Position numbers and translations under genes: made by a program. The notes under the pieces were generated by a model. The model was not told the origin of the DNA. It was given only the letters and a program-made list of their open reading frames with translations, and did no database searches. Positions 19,812 to 29,406 of a DNA stretch of 64,000 nucleotides are shown piece after piece. Within the stretch, counting starts at the first letter, position 1, and each line of letters opens with the position of its first letter. The DNA is from an uncultured Chitinophagaceae bacterium (GTDB lineage Bacteria > Bacteroidota > Ignavibacteria > UBA10030 > UBA8401): NCBI GenBank assembly GCA_964371615.1, contig CAYJMS010000001.1, positions 624,436 to 688,435 on the forward strand. Direction: 5' to 3'.

Positions 19812-20310
19812 CATCATCGACCTGACGATCGACTACCTGCAGTATCCCTCCGGACGGGAAGCACTCCGGGAAATTGTGGAACATCCCGGCGGTGCGGTGG
19901 CCATTCCGTTCTTCGAGAATAACGATCTGTTGCTCATCCGGCAATACCGCCATCCGTTCGGCACTGCGGTGATCGAACTTCCGGCGGGAAAACTGGAAAA
20001 GGGAGAAGATCCGTTTGTCTGCGCACGGCGAGAACTCCGCGAAGAAACCGGCTACGGTTCGGATGCCTGGACTCCCGTAACATCAATTATGACAACGCCC
20101 GGTTTTTGCAACGAAATGCTCCATCTTTTCAGGGCGGATCGAATCTATCCCATTGCCGGAGGGCAGTCATTGGAAGAAGGAGAGGCATCCCTGACCATCG
20201 AACGTGTTCCATTATCAACGGCGGTATCAATGATCCAATCCCGCGAAATCACCGATGCCAAAACAATTGTGGGAATATTGATGGCAGCGCACACTATCGG
20301 ATTAGAATGA
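19768..20310 (+). CDS. NUDIX hydrolase (ADP-ribose pyrophosphatase-like).
   Basis: Nudix box GKLEKGEDPFVCARRELREETGY. The start is taken at the second ATG (MHFTLLRKEKKYRG). It overlaps the MscS 3' end. Confidence 0.75.
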   Translation: MHFTLLRKEKKYRGNIIDLTIDYLQYPSGREALREIVEHPGGAVAIPFFENNDLLLIRQYRHPFGTAVIELPAGKLEKGEDPFVCARRELREETGYGSDAWTPVTSIMTTPGFCNEMLHLFRADRIYPIAGGQSLEEGEASLTIERVPLSTAVSMIQSREITDAKTIVGILMAAHTIGLE

Positions 20311-21638
20311 CGGCAAACGAAATTATACGGAAAAAACGGGACGGTTTCTCGCTCACCTCCGGCGAAATGCAGTTTATCATCGACGGTTATGTGAAAGGTA
20401 CGGTTCCGGAATATCAGGTTTCGGCATTCTTTATGGCGACATACTTTCGCGGAATGACAGCGGATGAAACGAACGAGTTCACGCGTCTGATGCTGCACTC
20501 CGGCGAAATCATCAATTTGTCCCATGTGCCGGGATTAAAAGTGGACAAACACTCCACCGGCGGTGTCGGCGACAAGATATCGCTCCCACTGGCTCCCATC
20601 GTCGCCGCATGCGGCGTGCCGGTACCGATGATCAGCGGACGGGGGCTTGGTCATACCGGCGGGACGCTCGATAAACTGGAATCGATTCCCGGATTTCGCA
20701 CCGATCTCTCGATAGAGGAATATAAGCGGGTCATTGCCGAGATCGGCGTCGTGATGATCGGACAGACCGGTGAAATTGCTCCGGCGGACAAAAAAATGTA
20801 TGCACTTCGCGATGTCACTTCTACAGTGGAATGTATACCGCTGATTGCCGGAAGCATAATGAGTAAGAAACTCGCCGAAGGAATCGATGCGTTGGTGCTC
20901 GACATTAAAACGGGACGGGGCGCATTCATGCAATCCTACGACAGGGCTGCCGCACTCGCCCAAACACTGGTCGGCATCGGAACCAGTTTCGGAAAACGGA
21001 CCGTCGGATTCATCACCGATATGAACCAGCCGCTCGGCTATGCGATCGGAAATTGGAACGAGGTGGTCGAATCGATAGAGGTCCTGCAGGGGAGACAGAT
21101 TCCCGATATTATGGATCTGACGTACACTCTCGGGGGCGCCATGGTGTGGCTGGGAGGCAAAGCAGATTCGCTGAAGGAAGGGATCCATCTCTGCGAAAGA
21201 GTTGTGAAGAACGGCAAAGCATATGAGAAATTCATTCAACTTGTCCGGCACCAATCGGGCGATGTCTCCTATATCGAGAATCCGGGGAAATATCCAGTTT
21301 CGAAATATAGCGGTAGTATTACTTCTCCGTCCGGCGGATTTGTTGCGTCGATCGATTCACTCGAATTGGGATTTTCGGGAATTCTCCTCGGTGCGGGACG
21401 ACGACAGGTCGATGAGCGAATCGATCCGAAAGCGGGTATCATTGTGAAGAAAAAGACGGGAGACGCCGTCGTGAAGGGAGAAGTTATTGCAGAATATTTT
21501 ACGGATCGGAAGGAAATCCTTGATACCATCGCACAGCGTATTTCCGCCGCATTCACTATCGGCGGCACGCGGCCTGAATCAACACCACTCATACACTCCA
21601 TGGTCGATGCCAATGGAATTACGAGTTATCGGTCGTGA
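20307..21638 (+). CDS. Thymidine / pyrimidine-nucleoside phosphorylase.
   Basis: True start MTANEIIRKKRDGFSLT overlaps the NUDIX stop (ATGA). Motifs HSTGGVGDKISL and SGRGLGHTGGTLDKLESIPGF. The listed ORF start at 20106 is an out-of-context upstream extension. Confidence 0.85.
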   Translation: MTANEIIRKKRDGFSLTSGEMQFIIDGYVKGTVPEYQVSAFFMATYFRGMTADETNEFTRLMLHSGEIINLSHVPGLKVDKHSTGGVGDKISLPLAPIVAACGVPVPMISGRGLGHTGGTLDKLESIPGFRTDLSIEEYKRVIAEIGVVMIGQTGEIAPADKKMYALRDVTSTVECIPLIAGSIMSKKLAEGIDALVLDIKTGRGAFMQSYDRAAALAQTLVGIGTSFGKRTVGFITDMNQPLGYAIGNWNEVVESIEVLQGRQIPDIMDLTYTLGGAMVWLGGKADSLKEGIHLCERVVKNGKAYEKFIQLVRHQSGDVSYIENPGKYPVSKYSGSITSPSGGFVASIDSLELGFSGILLGAGRRQVDERIDPKAGIIVKKKTGDAVVKGEVIAEYFTDRKEILDTIAQRISAAFTIGGTRPESTPLIHSMVDANGITSYRS

Positions 21639-21731
21639 TGAAACTATGGTGTACCGGACCACAACCCGTTCGTCGAACGGGTTTTTCGTTTTTATCCGTG
21701 AAGTTCAGTTGAAAAATAAGTATCATTCACT

Positions 21732-24017
21732 ATGATCAGTATTATCGGTGCATATTTCAGGACTCCCCGAATCCAGATAGCCGCATTACTCTATTTCATT
21801 GTTGCAGGAGCATTGACGCAGGTGCCGCTCTTTAATTATCTGGGGTACGAGTTTTCCGCGGTAATGACGATACCCGCGGCGATTATCAGCGGTCTGCTGA
21901 CATTGTCGTTTTTGAAAGAACACCGGATGAAGCCGCTGACGAAAAGAACCTGGATGTATGTCATCATCGATTATCTCCATGTGAACTTTCTTCTGCTCTT
22001 GATACCTTTGGCGGTGATGGCCGCAAACGCCGCGGTGGTAAAGAACTGCGCATTCAACAAAGGGATTGCTTTCTATCTTCTGCTCCCGGTCGTGACGATG
22101 ATTTTCTCCGTCTCACTTGCTCTGGTCGTCGGAACAATCTTTCGACGAAGCAGATTGGTGTTTGTGCTGACGGTTTTCCTGATTCTTCTTCATATTCCGG
22201 TTGTCACCGTCGTTTTGCCTCAACTCTATGCGTATAATCCCGTGCTCGGGTTCTTTCCCGGCATCACCTACGATGAAACGGTGGGGAATCTCACGACACT
22301 GGCACTCTATCGGCAATTTACAATAATTGCAGCACTCTTCAGCATTATATTCTTTGTCGAATTAATCGGACGATGGAATCCGTCATTGTCGGTTGTTAAA
22401 AATATCCGACTCACTAAACGTCAGTACCGGCCGAACTCTGTAATGACGATAGCAGGTATCGTAGCGTTAAGTGTACTATTGGGAGGATGGTTGTACCGGT
22501 CGGAACTCGGATTTGAACATTCAACCGACGATATTCAACGACAGTTGGGAAGAAGATCGGAATCGGAACATTTTATCATGATCTATTCCGATCAGGATTA
22601 TACGATGCGCGAAATGCTGCGATTAAAAGCGGAATCGGAATTTCATTATGCTATTGTTGCAGAACGGCTTCACGTCAGGGAGATTGGTCGCCGGAAAATA
22701 TTCTTGTATCTGTATCCCACGGCTGACTTGAAACAACAGCTCATCGGGACAACCAATACCAATATCGCAAAACCATGGAAGAGGGAGATTCACTTGACTT
22801 CCTCATCGTTTCGAGATTCGTTCCGACACGAGCTGGTGCATATTCTCGCCGGTGAATTTGGAGTACCCGGTATCCGGGCAAGTACCCGTATGGGATTGAA
22901 CGAAGGACTTGCAACAGCGATCGATTGGGAAAGCGGCTATTTTACACCCCATCACTATGCTGCAGCATTACTGCGTGACAATGAACTGGGGGATATCCCG
23001 TCCCTGTTTACCGTTACCGGATTTGCCGCGCGTTCCAGTGCCTCTGCGTATGTGGTGACCGGATCGTTCACAAAATATCTCATCGATCGATTCGGAATCG
23101 AACGTTTCAAGCCGGTTTTTCGCAATGGAGCGTTCGTCCGGACATTCAACGAGTCGCTCGCCGGCTTAACAAAGGACTGGATGGCGTTCCTTCGGACAAT
23201 CGACACTGCCGATCTTCCGCCGGAAACAGTGCAGGCGTTGTTCGTCCACCCGCCGATATTCTATAAAGAATGTGCCCGCGAAGTGGCGGAAAAGAATCAA
23301 AAAGGGACTATGGCGATCCGCGTAAAAAATTATTCGGAAGCGCAACGCCATTTTGCCGAGTCATACAACGATGCTCCGTCCGCATTTGCATTGCGGGGCC
23401 TTCTGCAGTCGCTCATAGCGCAGCAAAAATATCAGGATGCGATCGAACAGTACGACCGTTTGCCCGGCGGATCGCTGATACGGATTAATCCCTCGCTCAG
23501 GATCCTGTATGCCGATGCCGTTTATTTGGCAGGAGCATCGGAGCGTGCCGCGGCACTGCTGTTGCCGGTAATCGGTATGAATATCAACGATTCATTTGTT
23601 GAGGCAGCAGCGCTTCGAAGGCAATACATCATAGAGGGAGTGGAGAGAGATCTTTACTACAGATTGATGTATTCCGGCGAAAACGATTCGACAAAGATGC
23701 GGCTGATCGATCGGTTTTCACCGGTACGCCAAAACCGAAATCCATCACTATGGTATGTTAAAGGGATCCTGCTTCAGCATACCGGACATGATGATGAGGC
23801 GTTAACCAATTTTCAAAAAGTCATCAATGATGACACACAGCGAGAACTGGCATACAGTGCCCTTATTCGTTCCGCGGAAATTGAACATGAGCGAGGCCGT
23901 TTTGAAGCGGCAAAAGTGCACTTTTGGAATGCAAAAAATTTCGCACCGACATCGTCGGTGATTGAATATCTGGACGAACAAATAGAACTATGCGACGCAG
24001 TCTTATTATCGGAATAG
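21732..24017 (+). CDS. Polytopic membrane protein with a cytoplasmic or periplasmic peptidase_MA_2-like zinc-binding motif (HELVH…NEGLA…E) and a C-terminal TPR-like region. Function unknown.
   Basis: About 8 predicted TM helices in the first roughly 240 aa. Motif FRHELVHILAGEFGVPG…GLNEGLATAIDWE matches the HExxH + (N)EGxAxxxE pattern of peptidase_MA_2-type metallohydrolases. The C-terminal third is helical-repeat / TPR-like. Confidence 0.5.
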   Translation: MISIIGAYFRTPRIQIAALLYFIVAGALTQVPLFNYLGYEFSAVMTIPAAIISGLLTLSFLKEHRMKPLTKRTWMYVIIDYLHVNFLLLLIPLAVMAANAAVVKNCAFNKGIAFYLLLPVVTMIFSVSLALVVGTIFRRSRLVFVLTVFLILLHIPVVTVVLPQLYAYNPVLGFFPGITYDETVGNLTTLALYRQFTIIAALFSIIFFVELIGRWNPSLSVVKNIRLTKRQYRPNSVMTIAGIVALSVLLGGWLYRSELGFEHSTDDIQRQLGRRSESEHFIMIYSDQDYTMREMLRLKAESEFHYAIVAERLHVREIGRRKIFLYLYPTADLKQQLIGTTNTNIAKPWKREIHLTSSSFRDSFRHELVHILAGEFGVPGIRASTRMGLNEGLATAIDWESGYFTPHHYAAALLRDNELGDIPSLFTVTGFAARSSASAYVVTGSFTKYLIDRFGIERFKPVFRNGAFVRTFNESLAGLTKDWMAFLRTIDTADLPPETVQALFVHPPIFYKECAREVAEKNQKGTMAIRVKNYSEAQRHFAESYNDAPSAFALRGLLQSLIAQQKYQDAIEQYDRLPGGSLIRINPSLRILYADAVYLAGASERAAALLLPVIGMNINDSFVEAAALRRQYIIEGVERDLYYRLMYSGENDSTKMRLIDRFSPVRQNRNPSLWYVKGILLQHTGHDDEALTNFQKVINDDTQRELAYSALIRSAEIEHERGRFEAAKVHFWNAKNFAPTSSVIEYLDEQIELCDAVLLSE

Positions 24018-25384
24018 TCTGGTGTACCAGCCTCGCATCACTGATGCTGGCCGGAGGCTGTGCTGCCGGCGAGGGAACCGCGCAGCAATGCTACTCCACC
24101 ATGCAATTCTCGAAAATGGTTTCTCCCGCATTTTCTTCGTATTGCATGGTGACGAGAGCAGGCGGAGATCTCCGCATCGATGCCTATTTGCAAATGCCGT
24201 ACACAGCGGTGCGATTCGTGAAAAAAGAGGGGGATTATCGCGCGCTCTACTCTTATACCATTATCGTTCGGGATAAGGAGAATAAGATAGTACTGTCGAA
24301 AGAAACGGACAGAACTATCGCCGTTTCCGCTTATGAAGAGAGCGTCTCACAGAGATTCGACGCACACATGGAGCGGATCGTTGTTATGCCGGGAGAATAT
24401 TCCGTTGAAGTGATTGCGCAGGACGAGTTGTCGCTGCTTCGTCACCGCGTTCTGGAACGGATCGGCACACCGTCGCCGAAGTCATCGCAGCCGGCGGCGA
24501 GTACGATATTGATGTTGAACGCGGTCTCGTACGAAGGATCGTCGTTGTCGTTGCGTCCGGTGCTCCCGGATCATCTGTCGATGCTTCGCGATTCGATGGG
24601 AGTATTTCAGGAATTGTATCATGTCCGGAAGGGAGATACGGTGATCGTCACCCACGAACATTTCAAACCCGATACAACAAATACGAATGTACAGGATTTT
24701 ATTTACTGGATGCCTCCCTATGGAGCGGACCACGGCCCGTGCATTCAAGACCATTCGATGCGGTATTTTAGTAACGATTCACTGCTCATTGCGGACGATG
24801 ATAAACCGTTGCAACTGATTCAATTCTATCCCGCACCTGCCGTCGGCAGTTCGACGATCAGAAGAACGATGCATGTACGGAACGGATCTCGCCGCGATTC
24901 CGTTACGACATCGATGCAGGTCTACCGGCGGGATCCACGGTATCGATTGTCGTTATTGCCCGGGGAAATGCTGGCAGCGATGCGGTACATTCTCCGTGAA
25001 CATGAATACGATACTCTTTCCGCTTCCTCCGACAATAAAATTATGGACGCCATGGAACGGTATTGGGCGGACAAAGGGGGCAGACAGCGACAACACGAAT
25101 TCGAGAAAAGAGTCATGGACGCCAATATGATGTTTACCTCCTGCGTTGACGGCAGCACAACGCCGATGGGGATCGTCTACATGATCTGCGGCACCCCCGA
25201 CTATATCGATTGTCGAGGTTCATATATGGAAAATTGGTATTATTCAATAGGAGAACGGACATTCGTTGCGCAATTCCGCCCCGTAAAGGAATCGGCGGGG
25301 ATTCCCTATTACGAATTAGTGCCGTTTTCTGTGAATGAGGCGTTTTGGCAATATAGTATTGACCGCTGGAGACGACGAAAATGA
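23990..25384 (+). CDS. Lipoprotein with a GWxTD-like C-terminal domain. Hypothetical.
   Basis: Lipoprotein signal MRRSLIIGIVWCTSLASLMLAGGC. The C-terminal segment RYWADKGG…FEKRVMDANMMF…GIVYMICGTPDYID…YMENWYY resembles the GWxTD-domain consensus, although the GW/D positions are substituted. Overlaps the upstream gene by 28 nt. Confidence 0.4.
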   Translation: MRRSLIIGIVWCTSLASLMLAGGCAAGEGTAQQCYSTMQFSKMVSPAFSSYCMVTRAGGDLRIDAYLQMPYTAVRFVKKEGDYRALYSYTIIVRDKENKIVLSKETDRTIAVSAYEESVSQRFDAHMERIVVMPGEYSVEVIAQDELSLLRHRVLERIGTPSPKSSQPAASTILMLNAVSYEGSSLSLRPVLPDHLSMLRDSMGVFQELYHVRKGDTVIVTHEHFKPDTTNTNVQDFIYWMPPYGADHGPCIQDHSMRYFSNDSLLIADDDKPLQLIQFYPAPAVGSSTIRRTMHVRNGSRRDSVTTSMQVYRRDPRYRLSLLPGEMLAAMRYILREHEYDTLSASSDNKIMDAMERYWADKGGRQRQHEFEKRVMDANMMFTSCVDGSTTPMGIVYMICGTPDYIDCRGSYMENWYYSIGERTFVAQFRPVKESAGIPYYELVPFSVNEAFWQYSIDRWRRRK

Positions 25385-26403
25385 CGTTGAACCGTATTTT
25401 AATTACACGGATGAAATTTATCGGCGATGTGGTGTTGACGACGCCGATCATACGCTCCTTACGAGACGCGTATCCCAAAGCGCATTTATCCTATCTCGGC
25501 GATGCCAAGGCGGTTTCGTTGCTCGAACATAATCCCTGGCTGGATGAGATCATTCCGTTCGATTTTACGAAGGCTTCGGTGGTGTATTCATTGAAAATGT
25601 TTGCGGAACTCCGTTCAAAACGATTCGACCTGGTGATTGATCTATTCAGTAATCCCCGCAGTGCGATGCTGTCATTTGCCACCGGTGCCGGAATGAGAAT
25701 CGGCGGCGATGCAAAGGGACGGGGACGTCTGTATACACATCGGATACGGGATGACGGTGCATTGAAATCGGCAATAGACTATCATTACCAATCCTTAGTG
25801 CCGCTGGGGATTACGCGGAAATATCGTGAAACAAATATCTTTATTACCGAGGAAGAACAAAGGTCTGCGGAACACTTCTTGCGGTCGATCGGCGTCGATA
25901 CGAATAAACGAATTGTTATGATTCATCCCGGAGCGACCTGGCCGAACAAGATTTGGTTGAAAGAGAATTTCCGCGGGGTGATCGAACGGCTTATCTCAGA
26001 AACCGATGTACAAATCGTTCTGAGTCCCGGTCCAAAGGATGAACCATTGATGACATTCCTTGCCCGTTCTCTGCCGGAACGGGTATTTGTCCTTCCGCTG
26101 TTGCCGGTACGAACGCTTGCGGCATTGCTGACGCAGGCAAAAGTGTTTATCTCGAACGACAGCGGGCCAATGCATATTGGCGTTGCTGTCGGCACTCCGA
26201 CAATCGGCATCTTCGGCCCTGAACCGATCGAGATATGGTTTCCGTACGACCGATCGGCGGGACATCTTCCGATGTTCAAAAAGATCGATTGTTCACCCTG
26301 CCGCACGACGGCGTGCCGCTGGAATGATGCTCGGTATCTCGAATGCATGCAACTGATCACGGTTGACGAAATGGTCTCTGCTGTCATGGAGCGATTGAAA
26401 TGA
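25381..26403 (+). CDS. Glycosyltransferase family 9 (LPS heptosyltransferase-like).
   Basis: N-terminus MTLNRILITRMKFIGDVVLTTPIIRSLRDAYPKAHLSYLG and C-terminal NDSGPMHIGVAVGTPTIGIFGP are typical of RfaF/WaaC-type heptosyltransferases. ATGA overlap with the upstream gene. Confidence 0.8.
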   Translation: MTLNRILITRMKFIGDVVLTTPIIRSLRDAYPKAHLSYLGDAKAVSLLEHNPWLDEIIPFDFTKASVVYSLKMFAELRSKRFDLVIDLFSNPRSAMLSFATGAGMRIGGDAKGRGRLYTHRIRDDGALKSAIDYHYQSLVPLGITRKYRETNIFITEEEQRSAEHFLRSIGVDTNKRIVMIHPGATWPNKIWLKENFRGVIERLISETDVQIVLSPGPKDEPLMTFLARSLPERVFVLPLLPVRTLAALLTQAKVFISNDSGPMHIGVAVGTPTIGIFGPEPIEIWFPYDRSAGHLPMFKKIDCSPCRTTACRWNDARYLECMQLITVDEMVSAVMERLK

Positions 26404-28553
26404 AGAAAGCGACACAGGAATCTGCCTCGGAACTGCGCGGAACGCTGGAACGGATCATCTATTATAATAATGAGAACGGCTATCTGATCGCACTCTTTGC
26501 CATCGGCATAGAGAAGAAAACCATTGTCGGATATCTTCCCGATCCCCGCGAGGGTGATGAGTACTCCCTTACCGGTTCGTGGACAACCCACGCACGGTAC
26601 GGACGTCAATTCGCCTTTACCGCCTTCGATCAGCATCTGCCCACATCGGAATTCGGGATTGAACAATATTTATCATCCGGATTAATCAAAGGCATCGGAC
26701 CGTCCCTTGCAGGAAAAATTATCGACCACTTCGGTACACGAACGATCGACATCCTGAACAATACACCGGACCGTCTATTGGAGGTGGAAGGGATCGGAAG
26801 AAAGAAACTCGCCGGTATCATTTCTGCATTGACCTCCATGAAAGAAATGCAGGAGACGTTCGTTTTTCTGAAAGGACACGGCATTACGACGGCCAATGCC
26901 ATCCGATTGTACAAGACCTACGGAAAATCGGTCGTCAGCGTATTGCAGCAGAATCCGTACCAGGTCATCGATGACGTTGTCGGCATTGGATTTGCGACGG
27001 CGGACGTGATTGCCGGGAAGATGGGAGTACAGGCGGAAAGTGAATATCGTTTAACCGCAGGCGTACGGTACGTGCTGGATGATGCGTGTAAAACGGGGGG
27101 ACATTGTTACCTGCCGAAGGAAGAACTTGCAGAGCGTGCAGCGCAACTACTGCAGGTGGATGAGGCAAAAATAGAACGCGCCATAGAGAGCGCCGTGAAT
27201 TCCGGTTTTCTTGTCGATGCACAAGGATCTGTCTTCCCATGGAAATTATTTTCCGCTGAGGAACACGTCGCCGACAAAATCGCCTTTTTGCTCAAAAAAG
27301 GGGAGCGCCCGCTCGACAAAGAAAAACTAATGCGGGCATTGATGCATGTCGAAAAACGTCATGGTGTTCATCTCGACGAAAAACAAAGGATTGCCGTCGT
27401 CAGTGCGCTATTAAATCCGGTGACTATCCTTACCGGCGGACCGGGCACAGGAAAAACGCTGTGCGTCAACGGTATGATCGAATTGGCGGATGAACTGGGG
27501 GTAAAATACGTATTATGTGCTCCGACGGGACGCGCTGCCAAACGGCTCAGTGAAGTGAGTGAACGGGAGGCCAAGACAATCCATCGGCTTCTGGAATTCG
27601 ATCCGAACAGCGGTGGTTTCCGGCGATCGTCCGACGATCCACTCAAGACCGATCTGTTGATTGTGGACGAAGTATCAATGGTGGATATTCAACTGTTTGA
27701 AGCATTGCTCGACGCCATGCCGCCGACCGCGCAACTGGTACTTGTGGGGGATGTCGATCAATTGCCGTCTGTCGGACCGGGTCAGGTATTGCGGGATCTG
27801 ATCGATTCGCAACGACTGACAACAGTCAGACTGAGCACAATTTTCCGGCAGGCCGAATTAAGTTCAATTATCGTCAACTCCCATAGGATCAATCAGGGCG
27901 AAGGGCCGGAATTTGTCGACGATTTTCAATTCATCGATGCCGGAACCCCGGAGGAAATTCAGTCGCATATCGTCGGTCTGTGCTCCACCGTACTGCCGCA
28001 GAATTACCAGTACAATCCGTTAAGTGACATACAGGTCCTCTCGCCGATGAATAACGGTTTTGCCGGAGTTCGTGAATTAAACAAGAAGCTGCAGCACGTA
28101 TTGAACGGCCATTCCCCGGTCTGCTGGCAGGGGAGCGAACGGAAGTTTCTGCTTCATGACAAGGTCATGCAATTGCGCAATAATTACGAGAAGGATATCT
28201 TTAACGGTGATATGGGAACCGTTTCGGGACATGACAAGGAAGAAGGGAAATTGTTCGTTCTCTACTACGGGAAAAGAGTCGAGTACACGTTTGAAGAATT
28301 GGACGAGATATCGTTGGCCTATGCCACGACGATACATAAAAGCCAGGGAAATGAGTTCAAAGCCGTCGTTATACCCATAGCCATGATGCATTACATTATG
28401 CTGCAGCGGAATCTTATCTACACGGCGGTGACAAGAGCAAAAGAGCGGCTTTTTATTGTCGGGCAAAAAAAGGCGCTGGCGGTGGCGATCCAGAATGCCG
28501 AAACACGGCAGCGAAACACCCTCTTACTTCGCAGATTGAAGGATTTGCTCTGA
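26400..28553 (+). CDS. RecD2-like ATP-dependent DNA helicase (RecD/TraA family).
   Basis: N-terminal HhH / OB region, Walker A LTGGPGTGKT, CAPTGRAAKRL, and SF1 motifs (LIVDEVSMVD, VGDVDQLPSVGPG, TIHKSQGNEF). Confidence 0.85.
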   Translation: MKKATQESASELRGTLERIIYYNNENGYLIALFAIGIEKKTIVGYLPDPREGDEYSLTGSWTTHARYGRQFAFTAFDQHLPTSEFGIEQYLSSGLIKGIGPSLAGKIIDHFGTRTIDILNNTPDRLLEVEGIGRKKLAGIISALTSMKEMQETFVFLKGHGITTANAIRLYKTYGKSVVSVLQQNPYQVIDDVVGIGFATADVIAGKMGVQAESEYRLTAGVRYVLDDACKTGGHCYLPKEELAERAAQLLQVDEAKIERAIESAVNSGFLVDAQGSVFPWKLFSAEEHVADKIAFLLKKGERPLDKEKLMRALMHVEKRHGVHLDEKQRIAVVSALLNPVTILTGGPGTGKTLCVNGMIELADELGVKYVLCAPTGRAAKRLSEVSEREAKTIHRLLEFDPNSGGFRRSSDDPLKTDLLIVDEVSMVDIQLFEALLDAMPPTAQLVLVGDVDQLPSVGPGQVLRDLIDSQRLTTVRLSTIFRQAELSSIIVNSHRINQGEGPEFVDDFQFIDAGTPEEIQSHIVGLCSTVLPQNYQYNPLSDIQVLSPMNNGFAGVRELNKKLQHVLNGHSPVCWQGSERKFLLHDKVMQLRNNYEKDIFNGDMGTVSGHDKEEGKLFVLYYGKRVEYTFEELDEISLAYATTIHKSQGNEFKAVVIPIAMMHYIMLQRNLIYTAVTRAKERLFIVGQKKALAVAIQNAETRQRNTLLLRRLKDLL

Positions 28554-28887
28554 GCAGGTCATCATTTGTTATCGTTCCGGTAATAATTTCGTAACATCCC
28601 GGCCGTATATTTGTTCTGTCAATTATATGAGGACAAATATGGAATTCAAGGAAATATTCTATTTTATTCTTGCCTGCGTATTTCTGGCTGCGATGATGTG
28701 GGGTGAAGGTTCGCAGAGGCAAACGCCGTAGATCATCGCTCATTCTCAGAAATTGCATAAATCCCATTTGCTTATGCTATTGGGAGATATGTACTTTTGC
28801 ATCCCGATCTTCTCCTTCCTATATTACTCACCATTGAAGCAGTAAAACGCAGCACACTGACATTCTTTTCCATATTGCGGATCATTT

Positions 28888-29406
28888 ATGAAAAGACTCT
28901 TTTCTCCCTGGCGGTCAAAGTACATTCAATCGTTTAAGACTGAAAAATCCCGAAAAGACGCATCGTTGTTTACACGGATCATGAAGGAAAAAAAGGATAA
29001 GAAAAATCTCGTTCTGGTACGACGAAAATATTGTTTTGTCATGATGAACCTGTATCCGTATAACAGCGGACATTTAATGATTGTACCGTACAAAAAAACC
29101 GCCCAATTATATGATTTAAACGCTGCGGAATATGCAGAAATTATGCAAACCTCTGCAGACATGATGAAGATCCTTGATAAGATCATGCGACCGCAGGGAT
29201 TCAACTTCGGGGCAAATATCGGTCGTGGTGCAGGTGCCGGAATCGATGATCACATCCATTTTCACATTGTACCGCGATGGAATGGCGACACGAATTTCAT
29301 GCCGGTATTGAATGATGTAAAAGTAGTATCGGAAGCAATGGATGACACTTATGATAAAATTCGTACTGAGATTGAACGATCCATCCCGTCAAGGAGGAAG
29401 AAATGA
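28888..29406 (+). CDS. HIT (histidine triad) family protein.
   Basis: Histidine-triad motif GIDDHIHFHIVPRWNGD. Confidence 0.8.
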   Translation: MKRLFSPWRSKYIQSFKTEKSRKDASLFTRIMKEKKDKKNLVLVRRKYCFVMMNLYPYNSGHLMIVPYKKTAQLYDLNAAEYAEIMQTSADMMKILDKIMRPQGFNFGANIGRGAGAGIDDHIHFHIVPRWNGDTNFMPVLNDVKVVSEAMDDTYDKIRTEIERSIPSRRKK

